Shown in pieces: positions 1-6,202 of a stretch of DNA of 10,466 bases (position 1 is its first letter; each line of letters opens with the position of its first letter). The translations under genes and the position numbers were made by a program. Below the pieces are notes generated by a model that did no database searches, was not told the origin of the DNA, and was given only the letters and a program-made list of their open reading frames with translations. This DNA comes from Candidatus Iainarchaeum sp. (GTDB lineage Archaea; Iainarchaeota; Iainarchaeia; Iainarchaeales; CSSED10-239). The stretch covers positions 1-10,466 of the forward strand of contig CALBUD010000020.1 of assembly GCA_937968065.1 (NCBI GenBank). Direction: 5' to 3'.

Positions 1-143
1 GGTGTTTATCTACAGCTTTTTCGCTTTAAACGTATTTTATTTTTTATTTAAAATATTTTATTTCTTATATACCTTCTTTTTAAAATAACTAAATTTTTAA
101 TAATTGAAGAGAAAAAAAACCTTTTTTTAAAGAAAAAACTTTT

Positions 144-1217
144 TTAAAAGATTCTTGACTCTCTTCTTGGAAGACGAAAACCTACCTTTCTTGTTTTTTC
201 TAAAATATCTCTAACAATAACATCAATCTCTTGTATTTTAAGACGACTTTGAAGATCTGCTTCAATTAATGGAGAAGGATAAACATATCTTTTGTTAAAA
301 GAAGATATTGAAGAAACATTTGAAACAATTACTTCTGTATATTCTTTTAAAGATAAACCAAACTCTTTAAAATAAATAAACTCTATTCTTAAAGGATAAT
401 CATCTTCTGAAAGTTTTAAATAACAAACATAAAGATTTTCATAAATATCTTCTGGAAAATCTTTTAAGATAGGATGTTCTTTTAAGTTATCTGAATATTT
501 AAAAACACAAGTTCTTTGATTTTTTGAAAGTAGAGAAAACACAAAAAAATAATCTGATAAAGAATAATTAATTTCTTCTTTTATAAAATTATTTTTTAAA
601 AAATTAAAAAATCTATCTCCTCTAGAATCTTCAATACATCCTACAAGATATATTTTTTTTTCTTTACATAAATTATATAAAGAAATATATAAAGATAATA
701 AATCAAAATAAGTTTTATAAAGTTTAGAATCTTTTGAAGGTTTTGAAAGATATTGAGGTATTATTGAACCATCAAGTAAAGAAAAATCTAACTTTTGTGT
801 ATTTTCAATAATTTCTTTAGATAAAGAAATTTCTTTTCTAAGTCTTAGAAGAGAAGTGTTCCATAAAACCTCTTCAATTTCAAGAGAAGAGGTTGTAAGA
901 TATGGTTTTGGAAGATTATAGGTTTTTGGAAAATATTTAACTTTTAAAAGTTTAGAATCTTTATAATTAAAAACACATCCTGCTTCTTTTAAAATAACAA
1001 GATTTGCAAAATTAAATTGTTTGTTTACAAAACCAGAATCAACACCTGAAAAGGTAAGATTTTGTTTTTTTTCAGGAAAAATAGGATTGATTATTTTTTC
1101 TTCTTTATTAAAAGGATTTTCTTTTTTTAAAAAATTATTTTTTTTAAAGATGTTTACTATTTTTTGATTCTTTTCATAAGTTTTTAAAATTGTTTGCACA
1201 ATATTTTCTTCAATCAT
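144..1217 (-). CDS. NurA-like 5'-3' nuclease (NurA-domain protein)
   Basis: 357-aa ORF, ATG to TAA. Motif pattern resembles the NurA family: GVDSGF (cf. VDGS), LLDGSIIPQ (cf. lDGsL), LVGCIEDSRGDRF (cf. vGvsKdS) and a C-terminal YPSPLIEADLQSRL (cf. YPyxLxxAhxxA). Length fits NurA. Recognised by eye only. Confidence 0.5.
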   Translation of the reverse strand: MIEENIVQTILKTYEKNQKIVNIFKKNNFLKKENPFNKEEKIINPIFPEKKQNLTFSGVDSGFVNKQFNFANLVILKEAGCVFNYKDSKLLKVKYFPKTYNLPKPYLTTSSLEIEEVLWNTSLLRLRKEISLSKEIIENTQKLDFSLLDGSIIPQYLSKPSKDSKLYKTYFDLLSLYISLYNLCKEKKIYLVGCIEDSRGDRFFNFLKNNFIKEEINYSLSDYFFVFSLLSKNQRTCVFKYSDNLKEHPILKDFPEDIYENLYVCYLKLSEDDYPLRIEFIYFKEFGLSLKEYTEVIVSNVSSISSFNKRYVYPSPLIEADLQSRLKIQEIDVIVRDILEKTRKVGFRLPRRESRIF

Positions 1218-1356
1218 ATTTTATTTCTTTTAAGTTTAGATTAATAACTAATAAGTAGATATTACTCAAAGTTTTTAAAAAGCTATCGAGTAATAAAGGT
1301 TTAAGTTAGTATTATAATAAAAAGTTAAAATTTTCTTCTCGAGAATTAAGGCCCTT

Positions 1357-1377
1357 AAAAAAAATAAAAAAAGAAAA
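1357..1377 (-). terminator. oligo-T tract downstream of htpX (candidate archaeal-type terminator)
   Basis: The minus strand just after the htpX TAA reads AGTCTTTTCTTTTTTTATTTTTTTTAAGGGCC, with T4, T7 and T8 runs. Weak evidence in an AT-rich genome. Confidence 0.3.
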
Positions 1378-1381
1378 GACT

Positions 1382-2281
1382 TTACATTGATTCAAGTCTT
1401 TTTATTCTTTCTTCCACAGGAGGATGTGTTGAAAATAATTTAGAAACACTTCTACCTCTAAAAGGAGAATAAATAAAAAGATGAGCATTTCCTTTAGAAG
1501 CTGATTTTACAGACGCACTTGTTCCTGATATTTTTCTTAAAGCATTTGCAAGACCTTGTGGGTATCTTGTAAGCTCAGCACCAGATGCATCTGCTAAATA
1601 TTCTCTTTTTCTTGAAATTGACATCTGTATCATTGCTGCAATTATTGGGGAAAGAATAACAAAAACAATTGCAATAATTAAAATAATTGGATTTCTATTT
1701 TCTCCTCCACGAGAAGCTCCACCAAAAATTAAACCTCTTAAAGCAATATCTGAAACCATCATAATTAAACCAAAAAGAACAGTTGCCATTGTCATAACTT
1801 TTATATCTCTATTTCTTATGTGTGCAAGTTCATGAGCAATAACACCTTCTAGTTCTTCTCTGTTTAAAAGATTTAAAAGACCTGAAGTTACTGCAACTGA
1901 TGATTTTGAAGGTTTTCTTCCTGTTGCAAAAGCATTTGGAGAAGGATCTTCAATAATATATACTTTTGGTTTTGGAATTCCTGCAGCCATTGATAAACCT
2001 TCAACAAGATTATCTAAATGTTTATGTTTTGGATTTTTATCAGGTTCAATTGGTTTTGCTCTTGTTGTTGCAAGAACAATTTTATCTCCTGCAAAATACC
2101 CTACCAAAGCATAAATAATTGCAAAGAAACCAGCAAAGAATAAAATTCCAAATCCAAAATCAGCAAATATAAATTTTAATGCAATTCCTATAAGCATTAT
2201 AAACACAAAAAAGAAAAAAAACATCATATATGTTTTTAAGTTATTATTTCTCATCTCTCTATAAAAATCTGTTCTTGTCAT
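1382..2281 (-). CDS. htpX: HtpX-family M48 zinc metalloprotease (membrane protease)
   Basis: 299-aa ORF with N-terminal TM helices, the HEXXH zinc motif in VIAHELAHIRNRD, further TM helices, then the characteristic C-terminal FSTHPPVEERIKRL. Length is typical of HtpX. Confidence 0.9.
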   Translation of the reverse strand: MTRTDFYREMRNNNLKTYMMFFFFFVFIMLIGIALKFIFADFGFGILFFAGFFAIIYALVGYFAGDKIVLATTRAKPIEPDKNPKHKHLDNLVEGLSMAAGIPKPKVYIIEDPSPNAFATGRKPSKSSVAVTSGLLNLLNREELEGVIAHELAHIRNRDIKVMTMATVLFGLIMMVSDIALRGLIFGGASRGGENRNPIILIIAIVFVILSPIIAAMIQMSISRKREYLADASGAELTRYPQGLANALRKISGTSASVKSASKGNAHLFIYSPFRGRSVSKLFSTHPPVEERIKRLESM

Positions 2282-2411
2282 ATCTTTTCAACTTTTTTAT
2301 TATATATTTTTAAATTAAATAAAAATAGTGTATTATATATATATACTCAAACAAATATAAAAACTTGCCTTTTTTATTTAAAAATATAAAAGAAAATAGT
2401 TATTAAAATAA

Positions 2412-3080
2412 CTATTTAAAATTTACTGTTTTTGTACATTCTGTGCATCCTTGACCCATTGCACACCCTGATTTTCCTTTAAAATAAAAAGGATAACAAT
2501 TATCTCCACCAACTGTACAATCACAACTTATTTCTGTTGTTGTTTGACTTTGATTATCAGGAGACATATAAGAAAAAGATAAAACATTACCGTTAATTAA
2601 AACTGTAGCATCTTCTGGTACTTGAAGATTAAACACTTCACAATCCATTTCAAAATCTTCTTTTAAACTTATTTTTTCAACAGCAACTGAAACTTCAGAG
2701 GTAAAAGATCTATTATCAATAACCATTTTACAAGGTTCTGTTGCTGGACATTTTGGTTTATCTTCACAAGTTCCATTTCCTAAAAAACTTTCTTTTTTAC
2801 ATGTTGAACATCCACTACAAGACCATGTTGCAAAATATCCTTCTCCTCCAGGAACCATTAAAACAACATTATCTTTTAAAGTATATTCATAACCATATGG
2901 TGCTACAAGTGGTCTTTCTAAAAAAGAAAAAGAATCATAACTTTCTTGATAGTTTTGTTTTTCTAAAGCATTTGTAGCTCTAATTGCTTTTCCTACAGTG
3001 TTTAGATTAATAATTAATAATACACTTAAAACTAAAATAATTATTAAAAAAATTAAAAAAATATTTCTAAATGATTTCAT
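2412..3080 (-). CDS. hypothetical Cys-rich secreted or membrane-anchored protein
   Basis: 222-aa ORF, ATG to TAG. It has an N-terminal hydrophobic signal/anchor (IFLIFLIIILVLSVLLII) and 13 Cys in two clusters (WSCSGCSTC..GTCEDKPKCPATEPC and CDCTVGGDNC..SGCAMGQGCTEC). No family recognised. Confidence 0.6.
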   Translation of the reverse strand: MKSFRNIFLIFLIIILVLSVLLIINLNTVGKAIRATNALEKQNYQESYDSFSFLERPLVAPYGYEYTLKDNVVLMVPGGEGYFATWSCSGCSTCKKESFLGNGTCEDKPKCPATEPCKMVIDNRSFTSEVSVAVEKISLKEDFEMDCEVFNLQVPEDATVLINGNVLSFSYMSPDNQSQTTTEISCDCTVGGDNCYPFYFKGKSGCAMGQGCTECTKTVNFK

Positions 3081-3092
3081 ATATTATACATT

Positions 3093-3098
3093 CTCCTT
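3093..3098 (-). promoter_or_regulatory. Shine-Dalgarno-like AAGGAG upstream of the Cys-rich ORF
   Basis: Minus strand reads AAGGAG, then a 12-nt spacer, then ATG at 3078..3080. The spacer is rather long. Confidence 0.35.
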
Positions 3099-3193
3099 AA
3101 TTTTATATATTATTTAATTATAAAAATAAATATAAATGTTTTGAAAAAGAATATTTTTAAAAAGAAAAATGTTTTTTAAAAAAAAGAAATTAA

Positions 3194-4177
3194 TTATAAT
3201 TTTTTATTTAATGTTGAAACACAACTTGCATTTATTCCAAGTTTTAGTTTTATTTGTTCTGAAAAATCTTTTGTAAAACCATGTATGGTGTATACTTGTT
3301 TAGGATTTACTTTATTTACAAAATCTAAAGAAGATTCAAAATCACAATGGTCAGAAAGAGGAACTAAAGTAGAACCTCTAGAATATTTCCAACCAGTAAA
3401 AACATAAGAAGATATTTTTTTATAGATTTGTTGTTCTAAACTTTTTATTAAATTATGATTTATTAAAGATAAAGGCATTATTAAAACATCTGAAGAATGT
3501 ATGTTATGATCTAAAAGTTTAAACTTAAGATTAGAATTGTTTTTATTATAAATCTCTGAATATTTATGAGTTTCTTTATCAACTAAAGGAACAACATCTA
3601 AATATTTGTTTAAAAAAGAGATTAATTCTTGATTTTTACCTAAAGTATATCCTGCAAGAACAATAAATTTATTTTCAGAAAGTTCTTTTTTTAAAGTATG
3701 ATATAAAAGATCATAAGTTATACTTCTTTTTGGAAAAGAAAACTCTTCTCTTCCAAAAGTAGAATCAATAACTAAGATGTCTGCATTAATTGGTTTTGCT
3801 CCTTTTAAAAGTAAAGAAGTTTCTGTGTTTAAATCTCCTGTATATAAAAGAGAGGTGTTTTCATCTTCAAATAAAAACATAGAGCTTCCTAAAATATGTC
3901 CAGCATTTAATGGGGTTAGAAAAAAATTATTTGAAAGTTCTATTTTTTGATTAAATCTTAATTCATGAAAATCAAATTTGTTTTTTATAAGTCTTCCATT
4001 AAGAAGATCAATTGTTTCTTTTGTTGCAAATGTTTTTTGTGAGGTGTTACACACATGATCTGAATGAGCATGGGTTATAAATGAATATTCGTCTTGAGAG
4101 CATACTTTTGTTTGATCTAGGTTAATCTTAAGATTATCTTTTAAGATACTAAAAAAGGAAGAATACTCAAATTTCAT
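3194..4177 (-). CDS. beta-CASP family metallo-beta-lactamase-fold nuclease (RNA-processing or DNA-repair exonuclease type, short form)
   Basis: 327-aa ORF. MBL motifs: HAHSDH (HxHxDH), NAGHILGS, YTGDL. beta-CASP motifs: VIDSTFG (motif A), GYTLGKNQEL (GraQE-like), PLSDHCD (SGHAD-like, motif B), YTIHGF (motif C). Confidence 0.8.
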   Translation of the reverse strand: MKFEYSSFFSILKDNLKINLDQTKVCSQDEYSFITHAHSDHVCNTSQKTFATKETIDLLNGRLIKNKFDFHELRFNQKIELSNNFFLTPLNAGHILGSSMFLFEDENTSLLYTGDLNTETSLLLKGAKPINADILVIDSTFGREEFSFPKRSITYDLLYHTLKKELSENKFIVLAGYTLGKNQELISFLNKYLDVVPLVDKETHKYSEIYNKNNSNLKFKLLDHNIHSSDVLIMPLSLINHNLIKSLEQQIYKKISSYVFTGWKYSRGSTLVPLSDHCDFESSLDFVNKVNPKQVYTIHGFTKDFSEQIKLKLGINASCVSTLNKKL

Positions 4178-4245
4178 ATATTATCAATATTTTTTAAAAT
4201 AGTATAATTAATAGTTAATAAAAAACTATTAAAAGAGATTGTTTT

Positions 4246-4260
4246 AAAAAAAAACAAAAA
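4246..4260 (-). terminator. oligo-T tract downstream of tRNA-Trp
   Basis: The minus strand after the tRNA 3' end reads TTTCTATATCTCTTTTTGTTTTTTTTT (T5 G T9), consistent with archaeal oligo-T termination. Confidence 0.35.
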
Positions 4261-4272
4261 GAGATATAGAAA

Positions 4273-4477
4273 TGGGGACACCGGGATTCGAACCCGGGTC
4301 TACAGGTTTCTCCTATTTTCTTCTAACTTCTTAAATTTAAAGAAATTAAACAAACCTGTAAGTTATCAATCATCTGATTTTTTTATTAAAAAAAACCATC
4401 TTGCGATCCAGATCATTTTTTTTCCAAGATAAAAATATCTGGAGCCTGTAAGGTTAACCTGGCTACCCCATGTCCCC
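4273..4477 (-). tRNA. tRNA-Trp: tRNA-Trp (anticodon CCA), intron-containing, archaeal type, CCA not encoded
   Basis: Hand-folded cloverleaf. The acceptor GGGGACA/UGUCCCC has 7 Watson-Crick pairs, followed by discriminator A73. U8 is present. D arm is GGGU/ACCU with A14, G18G19 and A21. Anticodon stem is ACAGG/CCUGU with loop CUCCAG-A (U33, CCA, G37). Variable loop is AGAC. T arm is CCGGG UUCGAAU CCCGG. The exons total 74 nt and are interrupted after position 37 by 131 nt. Confidence 0.9.
4308..4438 (-). other. tRNA-Trp intron (131 nt) at canonical 37/38 position within a helix-bulge-helix-bulge-helix motif
   Basis: After the anticodon stem there is a 3-nt bulge AA|A38. Next comes a 4-bp helix pairing C32U33C34C35 with intron GGAG. 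A second 3-nt bulge A36G37|A follows. The outer helix pairs intron nt 2-7 (UAUUUU) with intron nt 120-125 (AAAAUA). Both splice sites fall after the 2nd bulge nucleotide, as expected for the archaeal splicing endonuclease. Confidence 0.8.
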
Positions 4478-4496
4478 TATATCTATAAATAAATAA

Positions 4497-4504
4497 TATA
4501 TAAA
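4497..4504 (-). promoter_or_regulatory. TATA-box-like TTTATATA about 20-27 nt upstream of the tRNA 5' end
   Basis: Minus strand reads TTTATATA at -27..-20 relative to G1. The position fits an archaeal promoter, but such strings are common in this AT-rich DNA. Confidence 0.3.
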
Positions 4505-4549
4505 AAAGTATATATATGTTTGTAAGTTAAATAAAAAAAAGAAAAAGAA

Positions 4550-5098
4550 TTAAAAAGAAACTTTAACATTCTTTTTTTCTTCTTCTGGTGCTTCAAAGAA
4601 AATTTCTTTCTTAAAACTAAATAGATTTGCAAAAAGATTTGATGGAAAAACTTCTGTTTTATTGTTATAAAGCATTACAGAATCATTATAAAATTGTCTT
4701 GCATATGCAATTTTATTTTCAATACCTGCAAGTTCTTCTTGAAGCATTAAAAAATTTTGACTTGCTTTTAAATCAGGATAGTTTTCAAAAGCTATTTTTA
4801 AACCAGATAATGCTTTTGTAAGTTCATTGTTTGCTTTTGCTTTCATTGTAGTATCAGTTGCACTCATAGCTTGATTTCTTAATTGTGTAATCTTTGTAAG
4901 TGTTTCTTTTTCATGTGTCATATATCCTTTAACAGTTTCAATTAAGTTTGGAACAAGATCATATCTTTTCTTTAATTGCACATCTATTTGACTAAACGCA
5001 TTTCTAACTCTATTTCTTGCTCTAATAAGAGAATTATAGATAATTAAAACAGTTAATAAGATAAAACCTATTATGACCCAAATAATCCAAGTAGCCAT
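4550..5098 (-). CDS. lemA: LemA family membrane protein
   Basis: 182-aa ORF with a single N-terminal TM helix, followed by the typical LemA sequence [42 protein letters not shown]..R and a C-terminal YNN..E.FPSN. Length is typical. Confidence 0.9.
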   Translation of the reverse strand: [182 protein letters not shown]

Positions 5099-5105
5099 AT
5101 ATTTT

Positions 5106-5113
5106 CTCCTCCT
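5106..5113 (-). promoter_or_regulatory. Shine-Dalgarno AGGAGGAG for lemA
   Basis: Minus strand reads AGGAGGAG, then a 7-nt spacer, then ATG at 5096..5098. Confidence 0.55.
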
Positions 5114-5188
5114 AAGTAAATAATATTTAAAAATTTATTATAAACATTTATTTATATATATACTAATATACAAAAAAGAATAAAAACA

Positions 5189-5229
5189 AATGTTTTTTTT
5201 AAAAAAACATTCTTTAAAAAAACGTTTTT
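5189..5229 (-). terminator. A/T palindromes and T-runs downstream of the 5237 stop (candidate terminator)
   Basis: aatgttttttt/aaaaaaacatt (5189..5211) forms 11-nt arms, and aaaaacgttttt (5218..5229) is a 12-nt palindrome. The minus strand shows three T7-type runs right after the TAG. Confidence 0.3.
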
Positions 5230-5236
5230 AAAAAAA

Positions 5237-5800
5237 CTATCTTTTTCCTCTTCTTGGTGTTTTTCTTGGAAAAATTGATTTTTTCTCAAGGTTTTTTACT
5301 TCTGGTTTTTTTGCTTTTTGTTTTTGACCAATAGCATAACTAGTTTTTAAAAAACCACTTCCCTTTCCTTTTGTTAAACCAATTTCAGCATACATAGAAA
5401 ATTTACCATTAACATTTGGTTTTAAGAAAAAACCAACATTAACATCTGGAACCTTTTTTCCTTTTTGTGTAAATACTCCAGCATATAGAACAAAAATTCT
5501 ATCTTTTTTACTCATATCCATATAACCTTGAAGACCAAAATAAGAATTTCTTAAACTTGAATGAGTTTGATTTATAACTCTTAGAGAACCTGTAAATTTT
5601 TTAGATAATTTAAATTCTTGAATAATATCATATTGACTTAATCTTTTTCCATCAGGAAGAGTTAAAGAAACACCAGTTGATGTTTTTTTAGTTGAAGCTG
5701 TTGCTTGTAAAACTATATCTGAAAGAACAAAAGAATTTAATTTTTGATTATATCCAAGTCTTAAATCTATAGGTGTGTTTAAAACTTTAGAAAGATTTAA
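5237..5800 (-). pseudogene. in-frame, start-less continuation of the upstream ORF (5801..6187); the ATG-bounded remnant is 5237..5521 (94 aa)
   Basis: I translated the minus strand by hand upstream of the ATG at 5519..5521. The frame stays open for 93 more sense codons, up to the TAA at 5801..5803 that ends the upstream ORF. There is no in-frame ATG, GTG or TTG in those 93 codons. Such an open stretch is very unlikely by chance in DNA this AT-rich. Confidence 0.5.
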
Positions 5801-6187
5801 TTAAAGAAGTATTTGTTCATACAACTTATCACTTATAGGTTTATTTTTTATCATAAAATTGTTTGTTCCAACTTTAACACCAATATTATAAGTTCCAGAA
5901 AATAATTTATTTGAAACGTCTTTACCATATCTATATTCAAAAGATTTCATTAAAAAATCCATTGAAGATTTATCAAAGTTTTGTATAATAAAATTAGTTG
6001 AATGAACAGAATGACCAACACCTTTAACAATTGGAATAATTGATTTATCTCTTATTCCTGAAAGTTCTTGAGCAGTTAATTTTTTCTGTCCAACAAATAA
6101 TCCTGTTGAAATTACAGCACTACTTGCAATTAATTTTGGATTTTTTAAAAAATACTTAATAAATTGAGCTGTATCTTTAAACTTCAT
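5801..6187 (-). CDS. hypothetical protein (128 aa), translationally coupled to ppsA; possibly the N-terminal part of a disrupted 315-aa protein
   Basis: The ATG at 6185..6187 lies 6 nt after the ppsA TGA and is preceded by an SD-like element. No family recognised. The ORF ends at a TAA, but the frame continues open (see 5237..5800). Confidence 0.55.
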   Translation of the reverse strand: MKFKDTAQFIKYFLKNPKLIASSAVISTGLFVGQKKLTAQELSGIRDKSIIPIVKGVGHSVHSTNFIIQNFDKSSMDFLMKSFEYRYGKDVSNKLFSGTYNIGVKVGTNNFMIKNKPISDKLYEQILL

Positions 6188-6192
6188 TTTTT

Positions 6193-6202
6193 CTCACATC
6201 CT
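6193..6202 (-). promoter_or_regulatory. Shine-Dalgarno-like AGGATGTGAG overlapping the ppsA stop codon
   Basis: Minus strand reads AGGATGTGAG (cf. AGGAGGTGA), then a 5-nt spacer, then ATG at 6185..6187. It overlaps the ppsA TGA, which suggests coupled translation. Confidence 0.5.

Noticed and set aside
1336-1345. 10-nt palindrome TTCTCGAGAA and a nearby 8-bp inverted repeat (1260..1267 / 1288..1295) in the htpX-to-NurA intergenic region, considered as a possible operator or ncRNA
   Set aside because: They are short, single-copy and lie within a 164-nt AT-rich spacer. Palindromes of this size are expected by chance, and no second half-site or conserved structure is visible.
2741-2977. Plus-strand ORFs of 63-78 aa at 2741..2977, 4627..4821, 6277..6474, 6498..6728 and 9388..9579
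   Set aside because: Each lies entirely antisense to a much longer minus-strand ORF with clear family motifs. Their translations are low-complexity and Leu/Phe/Lys-rich, as expected from reverse frames of AT-rich coding DNA. None has an RBS or any recognisable motif.
4178-4215. TATA-like strings upstream of several genes (for example TAATTATA and TTTTAAAAAA upstream of the beta-CASP gene) as promoters of leaderless transcripts
   Set aside because: In DNA this AT-rich, TATA-like octamers occur almost everywhere, so without transcription start data they are not supportable. Only the tRNA-proximal one is listed, at low confidence.
4308-4438. A canonical C/D-box sRNA inside the tRNA intron
   Set aside because: There is no exact RUGAUGA C box and no CUGA D or D' box. 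The nucleotides five positions downstream of the bases pairing with C34 and C39 are CAAG and UUUA, not D boxes. Only the weaker statement (antisense elements plus C-box-like strings) is kept as a hypothesis.
5189-5229. A/T-only palindromes considered as protein-binding sites or a replication-origin-like element
   Set aside because: They consist of abutting A-runs and T-runs directly after a stop codon and are better explained as oligo-T terminator sequence. There are no repeated ORB-like or DnaA-box-like motifs.
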